NCBI RefSeq assembly: GCF_006345805.1 | Contig: NW_021833945.1 | Coordinates: 1-52,705 of the forward strand | Length of the DNA: 52,705 bases | Origin: Octopus sinensis | Lineage: Eukaryota | Reading direction: 5' to 3' | Shown: in pieces, positions 35,990 through 47,893 of the stretch | Numbering within the stretch: the first letter of the stretch is position 1 | How the letters are laid out: the number at the start of each line of letters is the position of its first letter | Notes under the pieces: generated by a model | Database searches by the model: none | Told to the model about the DNA's origin: nothing | What the model saw: the letters and a program-made list of their open reading frames with translations, nothing else | Made by a program: the position numbers and the translations under genes

Positions 35990-36400
35990 CACAGAGAGTG
36001 TGAAAGCAAGAATAAGAATAGGATGAAGGAAATTCAGAGAGCTTTTACCTCTGTTGGCTTCAATAGGTTTCTCTCTCTGAGTGAAAGGAAGACTGTATAA
36101 TGCATGTATACGGACAGCAATTCTACATGGTAGTGAGACATGGTCCCTGAATGCAGAGGACATGCAAAGGTTAGAATGAAATGAAGCTAGTATGCTTTGC
36201 TGGATGTGTAATGTAAGTGTACATGTACGACAGTGCTAGTGTTCTGAGTTAGAAGTTAGGGATAAGAGGAATTGTTTGCTGCGTGCAAGAGAAAGAAGAC
36301 TGTACTGGTTTGGTCATGTGATGCGGATGAATGCTGACAGCTCCATAAAGAAGTGCCGATCTCTCAAAGTAGATGGAACACATAGAGGTAGAAGACCCAC
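35990..36400 (+). mobile_element. Decayed RTE LINE 3' fragment
   Basis: LYNACIRTAILHGSETW and RERRLYWFGHVMRMNADSSIKKCRSLKVDG..GRRP.KT. Confidence 0.7.
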
Positions 36401-36409
36401 GAAGACAAC

Positions 36410-36940
36410 AAATAATGTAATAATAATGAAATTATTGTATACAGTGTTCAGGAACACCACAACTTGTCAAAAGTGCATATAAAGCATATGCAGTAATGTA
36501 CAAATGTCTGGAAAGTGAACAGTGTATGAGTCAGATACATGCTTGCGTGTGTATGGAGGGGAGAAAATCAGGTGTAGTGTTGACGAATCTCAGGAAGCAT
36601 AGAAGTTTTGAAGGATGCAGTGCTCCAACAACTAACAACTGATGCCGGCAGTCTGTTCCATGCTTCAGTAACTCTTAGCGTGAAAAAATGTTTCCGAAAG
36701 TCATGGGAGCTGTGCTGTTTTCTGACTTTGTAAGCATGTCCATGGGTGTTAGACATGTGGAGTTTGAAAAGGTGCTCAGAGTTATTGTTTGTAAGATGGT
36801 TAATAATTTTATGGGTGTCTGCCAAGTCAGCTGCCAGACGTCGGAGTTTCAATGTATCCATGCCCAGGGAAGTAAGGCATTCAGAATATGGCAAAAAAAA
36901 GTACTAAAGAACAACCTCAGGACGCTGAACCTTCAGGTGA
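36410..36940 (-). mobile_element. CR1-clade LINE 3' end
   Basis: ORF 36568..36894 PYSECLTSLGMDTLKLRRL...RKHFFTLRVTEAWNRLPASVV; (TTA)n-type tail near 36415. Confidence 0.85.
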
Positions 36941-37866
36941 GATGACAAAGGACAGAGATGCCTGGCGCTTATTGTCCTCAAGAAGACCTGTACACCGCAG
37001 CAGAAGGGTTAAGATCAATTCCTCTGGTGGTGTAAAGCACTCATAGTGATGTCACATAAAAGTGCCCGGCACATACTGTAAAGTGGTTGGCGTTAGGAAG
37101 GGCATCCAGCCATAGAAACCATCCCAAATCAGACTGGAGTCTGGTGCAGCTCCCTCACCTGCCATCTCTCATCAAACCATCCAGCACACGCCAGCAGCAT
37201 GGACAATGGACATTAAATGATGATGCAATACAATTAAATTTGATGGTGGCCAAAAGATCCAACGAGATAAGTTTTAAAACCAGAAACCAAAATAAAATAT
37301 GTACCAAAAATAAAAAATAAAAATTGATAAACTAAATTATCAGAATCCATACAATATCACACTAAGTGTCTTGCTGCATTTAGTTACATTCCTTTACAGT
37401 TTGAGTTCAAATTACGCGAATATTCATTTTATCTTTTAGCCCTTCATGACTAATAAATAAAATGAAATAAAATAAAATTTAAAAAAAAAACAAATGAAAT
37501 AATAGGAACAATTTGATATTTAAATAAGGTAATCTAGATATGAATGAAATATTAATAGCAGACACGGCTTAGCAGTCTCCAAGACTGGTGATATTGATGC
37601 TAACGCTCTCGGTGCATTTCTCTTCACTTTTGTTTTAAACGTGAAACAAAAATAGGTTACTGTGACATATTTTTCAATTTAATATTTATATTTGCAATAT
37701 ACGGTGAAAAAAAGGTCACTGTTTATTTAAATACTAAAAATAATTGTTAAAGCAATTAAACAAATAATATTTTAAGATAGTTGCTTATTAACAAACAATG
37801 CAATACTCTTAGACACAATCTCAACACAATTTATATAATGATGATACATGCATGTGTGTATATCTA

Positions 37867-37899
<33 letters not shown>

Positions 37900-38254
37900 T
37901 GGGGCAGAAATCGTTATGAATCAAAATCTTGAAATTATGAGGCAAGACACCTTTTATCTTTATTTAACAAGCTGGTTTCAGTTTCCGTCTACCAAATCCA
38001 TTTACAAGGCTTTGGTCGGCCCGAGGCTATAGTAGAAGACACTTGCTCAAGGTGCCATGCAGTGGGACTGAACCCAGAACCATTAAACTAATTAAATAGT
38101 ATTTTAAGACACATCACTGACAATAAGTGACTTGTACACAATGACAAAATTTATAATAGCATAAAGTACATATAAAAACAAAAATATATCGAGAAAAAAT
38201 ACACTCCTTTAGAAACCAAAAATGTAATTAATGTAATTAAGCAAATATTTTAAG

Positions 38255-38612
38255 AAATAATAATGATGAAATTATTGTATACAGTGTTCAGGTGCACCAC
38301 AACTTGTCAAAAAGTGCGTATAAAGTATATGCAGTAATGTACAAATGTCTGGAAAGCGAACAGTGTTTGAGTCAGATACATGCTTGCATGTGTATGGAGG
38401 GGAGAAAATCAGGTGTAGTGTTGGCGAATCTCAGGAAGCATGGAAGTTTTGAAGGATGCAGTGCTCTGACAACTAACAACTGATGCCGGCAGTCTGTTCC
38501 ATGCTTCAGTAACTCTTAGCGTGAAAAAATGTTTCCGAAAGTCATGGGAGCTGTGCTGTTTTCTGACTTTGTAAACATGTCCATGGGTGTTAGACAGGTG
38601 GAGTTTGAAAAG
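38255..38612 (-). mobile_element. CR1-clade LINE 3' end, shorter copy of the same family
   Basis: Near-identical to 36415-36775. Confidence 0.85.
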
Positions 38613-38974
38613 GTGAATACCTGACTTGTATATATTTACAAGACAATCATATATAATGATCACAATGTAAGTATTTCTAAGTATGTAACCAGCTCTTAAA
38701 ACAATCTTTTGGACCAATCTAATAAAGAAAAAACCTTGAATAAAAAATTTCAATTGTAACATATTTTAATAAAAATGTTGTTTTTACATTTTGAATGCTG
38801 TCTATTCAAAACTGATAAGTCACGCTTTAAAACTACAGAAAAGTACAATGCAAGGAAGTGCATTGTGAGCAGTGGTGCATAACATCCGATACTCTGGTTG
38901 ACTATCAGATGTTAGACAGTGATATCCATGCATTACATAAATACATACAATCTATGCATCCATCCTGCCACACA

Positions 38975-39289
38975 ATGTGCCAGTGGCATGTAAAAGACAC
39001 CATTCGAACGGGATTGTTACTGGCATCGCCTTACTGGCACCTGTGCCGGTGGCATGTGTAAAAGATTCGAGCAAGGTTGTTGCCAGTACCTCCTGACTGG
39101 CCCCATGCCGGTGGCATGCAAAAAGCACCCACTACACTCTCGGAGTGGTTGGCATTAGGAAGGGCATCCAGCTGTAGAAACCGCCAGATCAAGATTGAAG
39201 CCTGGTGCGGCCATCTAGTTCGCCAGCCCTCAATCAAAATTGTCCAACCCATGCTAGCATGGAGAGCGGACATTAAACGATGATGATGA
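38975..39289 (+). mobile_element. SINE-like family B (a decayed inverted copy follows at about 39350-39580)
   Basis: Core and (GAT)n tail. Confidence 0.78.
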
Positions 39290-39644
39290 ATGTGTGTTAT
39301 ACTGCCTAAACAACCATTCTCTTCCATTATTTCACACTAAAAGATTCATAGTGGTTTAACGTCCATTTCCCATGCTGTCATGGGTTGGACAGTTTTGAGA
39401 GGATCTGGCCAGCTGGAGAGCTGCACCAGGCTTCAACTGTGTTTTGGCAGGGTATCTATGACAGGATGCCCTTCCTAATGCAAACCACTTTACAAAGCAC
39501 ATTGGGTGCTTTTTACGTGCCATTGGCATGGGTGCATTCACATGGCAGCAACGTAGATGCATTTTATGTGGTACCAGCAGGTTTGCTTAATGTCAGCTGC
39601 ACAAAACCTTACAGTATGAGGAAATTATCCAATTAATCAAAACA

Positions 39645-39825
39645 AGTGTGTGTGTGTGTGTGTGAGTGAGAGGGGGAGGGAGAGAGAGAGGGGGGAGAGA
39701 GAAAGAAAGAGAGAGAGAGAGAGAGGGGAGAGAGAGAAAGAGAGAGAGGGGGGAGAGAGAAAGAAAGAGAGAGGGTGAGAGAGAGAAAGAAAGAGAGAGA
39801 GAGAGAGAGAGAGAGGGGGAGAGTG
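39645..39825. repeat. (TG)n followed by a (GA)n/purine microsatellite
   Basis: Directly visible. Confidence 0.95.
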
Positions 39826-40005
39826 CAATGCTGAATTTTGTTGCTTTACATTAAATACAACTTAGCCATTTGCAAAATAGATACTGATAAAATAAAAATA
39901 AAGGGAGCAATGTAATCAATTAAAATCTCTTGAAAGGGTGGTACCCCATTATGATCTTCAGTCTGATGATTGGTGCCGTTAATGGAATGAAAGAGTAACA
40001 CTCAC

Positions 40006-40149
40006 ATGTCCAATTCGAACGTTCTTTTTCCGTTTGGTCACTTTATCGTGTTTGTCTATTTTGTCTGCTTCCCTGCACCATAAACAAATATTTAAAAACC
40101 GGTGTTCTTCTTCCACATCAAATTCAAACATTTCATTCCAACAAGGATT
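40006..40149 (-). CDS. PDZD8: PDZD8 exon, C2 domain (NPCWNEMFEFDVEEEHRFLNICLWC...VRIGH)
   Basis: Long T tract then tag acceptor, donor CAT|gtgagt, 144 nt, clear C2/PDZD8 motif. Confidence 0.93.
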
Positions 40150-40805
40150 CTATAAAAAGAAAAAAAAGAAAAAAAAAAAAAATATAAACAAGGAATAAAA
40201 TTACAACAGCAACATCATCCATAATATCATTTCAAAACATTATGTTTATAGAGCTGAAGGTATTTGTCAGGTGTTTTTATATCAAAAGGGTTTAAATCTC
40301 AAAGGTATTTTTCAATGAAAAGACAACAATGGATTCTTTTCCATAGCATAATTCTATTATTCTATCATTGGTTTCAGTCAAAGGCTCTGGCCATGCTGGG
40401 GCACCAATGATGTATTTACAGCACGTATCAAAGAAACAATCTGGTACCTTGCTCTATCTAGTCTGGTACATGACTGACAAAACTAGATCTGGACCCCTGC
40501 ATCAGTTAAAGATCTCTGTCTATTGATAAATAACTTCTTTTTTTTTTCCACCAGGCAGCAAATTTTTAAAGAGTAAACAATATCAAAAATCCAGAGTGGA
40601 AACCCTACAAGAGTCTGGCGTTTAATTTGATGTTCTTCTAGCAATCCCTTCAGCCAAACTGGTGCCAAGTTACCATTTCATATCAGTGAGGTCAAAAAGG
40701 GCTTGCATCATGAAGTTACTTCAATGCCATTGTAGGAAATGTGCTTACCCCTTCTCATGCTGGCTGCAGCTCAAATCATGGTTGACCAATGGCATGAAAC
40801 TTCAT

Positions 40806-41040
40806 AAGGCGAGCTGGCAGAAATGTTAGCACGCAGGGCGAAATGCTTAGCGGTATTTCGACTGCCATTACGTTCTGAGTTCAAATTCCACCGAAGTTGA
40901 CTTTGCCTTTCATCCTTTCGGGGGTCGATAAATTAAGAACCAGTTATGCACTGGGGTCGATGTAATCAACTTAATCCATTTGTCTGTCCTTGTTTGTCCC
41001 CTCTGTGTTTAGCCCCTTGTGGGCAGTAAAGAAATAGGTA
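40806..41040 (+). mobile_element. SINE family A
   Basis: Full length; TSD atgaaacttcat. Confidence 0.88.
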
Positions 41041-41204
41041 TGAAACTTCATTGTCACTCAAGACAGAAGGATGCCAAGTTAAGGTGTTAACTTACTGATA
41101 TTCAGACTGCACATCAACCATATCGATTTCACTCATCTTGAAGGGTTTATGAGGGTCATGAGACCAGTCCCTACCTTCTGAATAAAATATGAAAAATGTA
41201 CAGG

Positions 41205-41522
41205 CATGGCTATGTGGTAAGAATTCCCAATTATATGGTTCTGTGTTCAAGTTCATTACATGGCACCCTGGTCAAGTGTCTTCCACTATAGCCTCAGACT
41301 GACCAAAGCCTTCTGAGTGGAGTTGGTAGATGGAATCTGAAAGAAGCCCATCGTGTGTGTGTGTGTCTGTCTCCTCCATTTCTTGACAACCAGTGTTGGT
41401 GTGTTTACGTCCCCTTAACTCAACAGTTTGGCAAAGAGATCAATAGAATAAGTACTAGGCTTAAAAATAAGTCCTGGGGTTGAATTGATCAACAAAAACA
41501 CTTCAAGGCAGTACTCCAGCAT
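41205..41522 (+). mobile_element. SINE family C (other fragments at about 9975-10080, 10345-10490, 23770-24200, 24490-24745, 37968-38083)
   Basis: Family C sequence. Confidence 0.72.
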
Positions 41523-41613
41523 GGATATATATTATATATATATATATATATATAGATATATATATATATATTGATATGTAGATGTCCACTTGCTGTACAT
41601 GGTACAATCATGG

Positions 41614-41651
<38 letters not shown>

Positions 41652-41954
41652 ATCAATTTTATTGACTTTTTGTAGGGTATACATTTTAAGGAACTGAACT
41701 GTGGTTTTTTTTATATATATATATGTCTGCTTTAAATTTAAATGTGAGTGTACATGTATTTCCTTGATGTTAGTTATGGAACTAGGAGTCCAATATGGAA
41801 ATATCTGTGTTTGTTAATTATACTGATATATTTTGTTTATATGTATTATTGTATTAATGTGTATATATATATGTGTAGAATTATGAGTGTCTATGCACAC
41901 ATTTTTATTTATATTTTATATTTATATGTAATTTTTTCCACACTTATATTAAAT

Positions 41955-42063
41955 TCTCTGAAGAGGCCGTGAGACATCCTTGTTAATGTCTCATTTATAC
42001 CTGCTTTATGGCTAATAGGTTAAATGAGACATACTTGTCCTCATGGCCGAAACAGCTGTCAGA
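41955..42063 (+). ncRNA. Type I hammerhead ribozyme motif with a long structured stem II
   Basis: tct CTGAAGA GGCCGTGAG...CTCATGGCC GAAAC AGCT GTC aga: canonical G10.1-C11.1 pair, palindromic stem III ACAGCTGT, GUC triplet. Confidence 0.8.
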
Positions 42064-42529
42064 TATGATGTAATTGTATTTTATATTTCTATTTCCATGT
42101 CTAGTTATATTTACAATATATTATGTATAATGTCTTTGCTGTTATGTAATGGTGTAATAAAGTATTGATTGGGTATTATCTGATGGTTGATGATTGATTG
42201 ATTTAAGTATGTTTCTCCATTTTCTTCATTTTGTATATATATATATATATATATAAGATATATATATTATATATTATTTTTTTTTGAATTTCTGAGCAAA
42301 AAATATGTAATAATACTGTACATTAAAGTCTATTTGCCAATAGGACAACATTACTACTTTTAGCCCCAAGAAAACATGATCATGTGTCAGAAGCCAGCTA
42401 GAAAAGATGTTTTCCTGAGGCTAAAAGATAGTAACATCGTCCTACATAGGACTTCCACACTGCATTGGTAAATAGACTTTACTATATATATATATATTAT
42501 ATATATATTATATATATATTATATATATA

Positions 42530-42870
42530 ATATGAAGGAATATTATTCCAAACTTACAAAGAAAATTCAATTTAGAAATACTAAGTCAAATTTCACAAAA
42601 ATATTATATATATATAAATTTTTTAAAAATCCACCTTTTATCAATTCAATAATGAAAAATTAAATTATACCATTTAAAAAAATTACATATTGTAGAAAGA
42701 TTAAATATAAGATAAAACATAACAATGATTAAGTAATGTGCAAAATAGTAAATAAAACGTGTATGTGTATATATATATATATATAATTCATATTTTATAT
42801 ATTTATACAGTGAAATTTGATTTAATACTAAATCTAATTTTTCCCAGTAAGTTTGGAGCCATACTCCTTA
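42530..42870. mobile_element. Element with about 70 bp diverged inverted ends related to the H4 tail
   Basis: Both ends resemble ccaaacttacagggaaaaatcagatttag of 7587-7625 and are in inverted orientation; adjacent (TA)n. Confidence 0.5.
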
Positions 42871-42874
42871 AGCA

Positions 42875-43099
42875 CCATCCGTCCGTGGCCGTCTGCCAGC
42901 TCCGTCTGGTACCTGTGCGGCTGGCACGTAAAAAGCACCCACTACACTCACGGAGTGGTTGGTGTTAGGAAGGGCATCCAGCCGTAGAAACACTGCCAGA
43001 TCAGACTGGGCCTGAAGCAGCCTTCCGGCTTCACAGACCCCAGTTGAACCGTCCAACCCATGCTGGCATGGAAAGCGGACGTTAAATGATGATGATGAT
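42875..43099 (+). mobile_element. SINE-like family B
   Basis: Core and (GAT)n tail; same subtype as 12776. Confidence 0.8.
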
Positions 43100-43635
43100 A
43101 TATATGTGTGTGTGTAATGTTCCCCCATAAAAAGCTCTATATAGGTGCATGGGAGGTATAAACAAATGTCACTACCATACGAGCAGTACATTCATTTACA
43201 ATCTTCCATGAAAACTTGTCTGCACATTGAAAATATCTTGCTTGGAAATAGATGAAGGTTGGTGAAAGGAAGGCCACTCAGCTGTACAAAATCTGCCTCA
43301 ACAAATTCTGTCTGGCCCATGCAAATATGGAAGAGTAGACATTAAAACGATGATTATGTGGATTAATAATGGAACAGTGTTCAACATATAGCCATACTTA
43401 TTTGGGGGACATGAGTGAAATGGCTTTAATGCTAAGACAAGATATCAATTACATCATATCAAAATTATAAATCATTAAAAGAAAGGAAATAGCACTTCAT
43501 CTATCCAGCTCTAAGTCTGATTTAGAAACATCTGTAGATAAATGTTTCTAATTTAGATATATGGTCAACAATTCTGAAAGAAGTTAATTGGTACCATTGT
43601 TTTTACGTATTTGATTAATATATTATTTTATCAAC

Positions 43636-44012
43636 CCTGGGCATGGATTCACTGAAGCTCCGGCGTCTGGCGACAGACTTGGTAAATACCCACAAAGTTA
43701 TCAACCACCTCACCAACAACAACACTGAACACCTTTTTGATCTCCATGTGTCTGACACACGTGGACATGCCTACAAAGTCAGAAAACAACACAGCTCCCA
43801 TGACTTTCGGAAACATTTTTTTCACGCTCAGAGTTGCTGAAGCATGGAATAAACTGCCTGCGTCAGTTTTGACTGCCATGACACTGCATCCTTTAAGGGC
43901 CTCATGCTTTCCGAATCCGCCGAAACTACACCTGATTATATATACACTTTAGATGAGTTGTAGTGCCCTAAGCACTGTACACAATTATTATTATTATTAT
44001 ATTATTATTATT
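43636..44012 (+). mobile_element. CR1-clade LINE 3' end, same family
   Basis: MDSLKLRRLATDLVNTHKVINHLTNNNTEHLF...; (TTA)n tail. Confidence 0.82.
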
Positions 44013-44354
44013 AAAAGGCAAAATTGACATTGATAGAAAGTGAACTTTGAATGCAAAATGTTTTCATTTGATATTTCGCAATGATACTGCCAGTCCAGTA
44101 ATAAATTCTAACATTGGCATGAGATTATGAATTTAAAGAAAGGAATCAAGGAAATTAATATATCTTTGTACATGTGGTAATCATTTCATTGACACAAAAA
44201 GGATAGAAGACCAAATTGATTACAGTAGATAGAGATCAGCATGTAAAGGGACATTACTGCGTACAACAAGAAATTTTGTTTGTTATCTTAGATATTCTGT
44301 CAGATTAGCATCTTATTAGATAATAGCTTGAAGCATTTGTAATAATCATTCATT

Positions 44355-44868
44355 TTAGCACAATGCAAGGGGTGGAGAAAATCAATTACATCAACCCTAG
44401 TGTTCAACTGGTACTTATTTCACCAACCCTGAACAGATGAAAGATAAAGTCAACCTTGACAGCATTTGAAATCAGAATGTAAAGATGGATGAAACGCCAC
44501 TTATTTTGTCTGGTACTCTCGCAATTATTTCTTTATTGCCCACAATGGGCTAAACAGAGGGGACAAACAAGAACAAACAAAGGGATTAAATCGATTACAT
44601 TGACCCCAGTGCATTTATATATATAGAGACATATATATATATATAAGGTGAGCTGGCAGAAACGTTAGCACGCCAGGCTAAGTGCTCAGCGGTGTTTCGT
44701 CTGCCGTTACATTCTGAGTTCAAATTCCGCCGAGGTTAACATTGCTTTTCATCCTTTCGGGGTCAATAAATTGAGTACCATTTACGCACTGGGGTCAATG
44801 TAATCGACTTAATCCCTTTGTCTGTCCTTGTTTGTCCCCTCTATGTTTAGCCCCTTGTGGGCAGTAAA
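44355..44868. mobile_element. Cluster of SINE family A copies (older minus copy, partial minus copy, full plus copy 44645-44868)
   Basis: Family A sequence in both orientations. Confidence 0.75.
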
Positions 44869-44905
<37 letters not shown>

Positions 44906-45347
44906 AGGATAAGTATATTAAAAGGGGTCCGTGGCACAACTAATTTAAATAAAAGTGTTGGGAACCACTAAACTAGACCGCCCCTTTGATGTCGCTGACA
45001 TTTGGGCTAAAATTTGAAAAGTTTTGATAAAGTAATTTGGTGCAATTGTTATTGCTCACTGCAAGGGAGATAACTACAGCAGCGATGGGAAAGGGTTAGG
45101 GCAAAATAGATGAAATTATCAAAACAATATTGTAACCATAACAAATATTGTTTTTCCTTCCTGTTTCCTAGACATGAGCCACAAATGCCATTAAAAAAAG
45201 TCACAAGTGATGTGTTATTCATATGATTAAGACATTAAAAATATATAAATTCAATATTATCACTACATTAAATGTTAACACTAAGCTAGTGTTTTTATCA
45301 AATTCCGCTGCATCATTTCGGGGTCTATAAAATAAGCACCAGTTGAG

Positions 45348-45764
45348 GGATCTTTATGGTTTGAACGGCAGTTTTTTCTAGCGGTGTAATATAAAATTGT
45401 CACCCATAATTATGACCCTAGTATCGATCTATTGCATTTCAATCTGTTTTAGAGTTAGGGTTAGGGGTGGGGGGAAGGGTATCTTTTTTTCTTCACAAAT
45501 GTAAATAAACCCAATCTGTTTCTTAAATGAGGGACAGATTCATACGGCACAGAATGTTTTCACCTCAATAGACGTCACTGATTGGTTGAAATTGCAGAAA
45601 TTGAAGAGAAAAAAAAACAACAATATCTTACAAACTATAGAATTTTCTCATAAAGCCAGAGAAAAAGATGTTTTAATAAAACCATTCTACCAGTATACGA
45701 AGTTTAAAAGTGTTTAGTTACGTGGAAATTATTTTTAAAAACTGCCTTCAAGCCGAAAAGATCC
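45348..45764. mobile_element. Unclassified MITE with about 28 bp TIRs
   Basis: ggatctttatggtttgaacggcagttttt versus aaaaactgccttcaagccgaaaagatcc; internal gttagggttagggg. Confidence 0.65.
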
Positions 45765-45884
45765 GGATTTTTTAAATATCCCTTATTTTGAAAACTATCA
45801 TTCAATGATATTTCAAAAATTTATAATTAGCATATTGACGGTTTATGACACTTTATTTTAACAAGAAAAAAAAAATATATATAT

Positions 45885-47381
45885 ATAATTCACAATATGG
45901 GGAGATAAGCAGGGAAAGGTAAATATCAAAAGAGGGATCTTTGAAGGGGACAGTTTGTCGCACCTACTATTTGTTGTGTGCATACTGCCACTAACCAGCA
46001 TTTTAAGGAAGATATGTGTGGGGTACATGCTAGGCAGGGTGAAAGTAAACAATCTGTGGTTTATGGATGACTTGAAGCTAAGACTGAAAAAGAAAATGAG
46101 AGTTTGACGGCAACTGTGCAGACAATTAGCAAAGATATTGGCATGGAATTTGGGATCGAGAAATGTGGTGTAATGATTCTTAAGGGGGGGGGGGGAATCA
46201 GTAAAAACCATGGGATCAACCTGGAAAGTTGTGAAACTATAAAGGAAATCAGAGAGAAAGGATATAAGTACCCGGGTATAATTGAAAGAGAAAGTGGAAT
46301 GAACACAAGATGAAAGAAATGTACAGGAAAGAGTATTTGAGGAGAACTTGGCTTGTGATCCATTCGAAGCTAAATGTTCATTATAAGATTAGAGCAATTA
46401 ACACGTGGGCTGTTGGTTTGATGAGATATGGGGCAGGAATAGTGTCTTGGAAGAAGAATGAATTACAAGAGGTAGACCAGAGAACACGTAAATAAATGAC
46501 AATGAACAAGGAACTACACTCCAAGAGCAATGTGTCAAGATTTTATGTAAAGAGGAAAGAAGGAAGACAGGGATTGGTGGGTTGTGAAGGTTGTGTAAGG
46601 GAAGAGGACAATAGCTTGGCTCGGTATGTCAAGGGGAGTAAAGAAGAAATGATTGAAGCAGTGAAAATGTAGGGAACCTTAAAAGTGAACAAAGTTGTAG
46701 ATCCAACCAGAGAGCAGATGAAGGAAATTTAGAAGGACAAGAAAATGTATAGTCAATTCTTGAAGAATAAAGATGAGATTTATTGGAATAGAATCTGGCA
46801 ATGACTGCAGAAAGGAGACTTAAAAGGGCCTACTGAGGCATTAGTGTGCAGCGCTCAGTATGAGCACAAGCCAGAGGGAGTAATGGAAAACGAACATTAC
46901 AAAATACTCTGAGATTTTAACATACAGTGCAACCAAGTCATAGAGGCGAAACGACCAGATATCGTGCTCATCCATAAAGATGAAAAAGAAGCAAAGATAA
47001 TAGATGTTGCAACACCAGGTGATTTGAGGGTGAAATGTAAGGAAACAGAAAAGAGTTAGAAATACCAGCCACTGTGGGCTGAGATAGGAAAGCTATGGGG
47101 CATGAGGAAAATAATGGTGATACCGGTGGTAATTGGATCATTAGGAACAGTTTCCAAGGGCTTTGAAAAACATATTAAGAATATTGGAGCTGCTGTCAGG
47201 CTCAAAGTGATCTAGAAGACGGCATTGCTGGGTACAGCTCACATTTTAAGAAGTGTATTGTCTCTTTGAGTCACAGGAGAAGGCACTACTTGAAACCTTT
47301 GGTGATTAATTATTGCCTGCTTTCAAGTAAAAAACAATTAGAAATTTAGAACTATCCGAGAGTCTCTCATAATAATAATAA
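45885..47381 (+). mobile_element. 5'-truncated R4/Dong-clade non-LTR retrotransposon relic (RT C-terminal half plus restriction-like endonuclease)
   Basis: Reads RGIFEGDSLSHLLF, FMDDLKL, IGMEFGIEKC, AINTWAVGLMRYGAGIVSW, KRPDIVLI..IIDVATPGD, VIGSLG, TALLGTAHILR with stops and frameshifts; ends in (TAA)n. Confidence 0.85.
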
Positions 47382-47663
47382 TCCTTTCTTCTATAGGCAC
47401 AAGGCCTGAAATTTTTGTTGGGTGGGAGAGGCAGTCGATTATATCAACCCCAGTGCGTAATTAGTATTTAGTTCATCGACCCCCCAAAAGGATGAAAGGC
47501 AAAGTCAACCTCAGCAGAATCTGAACTCAGAATGTGAAGACAGACAATGCACTACAAACTTTTTCCCTGAATATGTGCTGCTGAAATTTGTGTGCGCCAA
47601 ATAGGCCCTTATGTCTTTTACCATCAAATAGGGTACGTAATAGCCCTAACAGTATATACAATT

Positions 47664-47893
47664 CAGTGGTTCTCAACTGGCTGCATATGGCCCTTGGGCT
47701 ATAAGATTTTGTTAGAATTTAACTGCAATAAATTTCTACAATATACAAAATATTAAAATTTTTAATACAATTCCTAATAATATCTAATTATAAAAAATAT
47801 GATTTTTTTAAAACATCGAATGGTTATAAGGGTCAAACTGAATAAAATAGGAATCAAAGGGGTCATAGTTTAAAAAATGGTTGAGAAACAGCG
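47664..47893. mobile_element. hAT-like MITE, same family without the nested insert
   Basis: Starts cagtggttctcaa, ends ttgagaaacagcg; internal catatgg..ataagattttgtt and aaataggaat..aaaaatggtt shared with 5940-6602. Confidence 0.6.

Noticed and set aside
41095-41180. Minus-strand segment with cag acceptor and gtaagt donor (GRDWSHDPHKPF...)
   Set aside because: Phases 1 and 2 do not fit between the phase 0 flanking exons, which already join to form an intact C2 motif.
45450-45470. Telomere-like gttagggttagggg
   Set aside because: Only two units, internal to a MITE.
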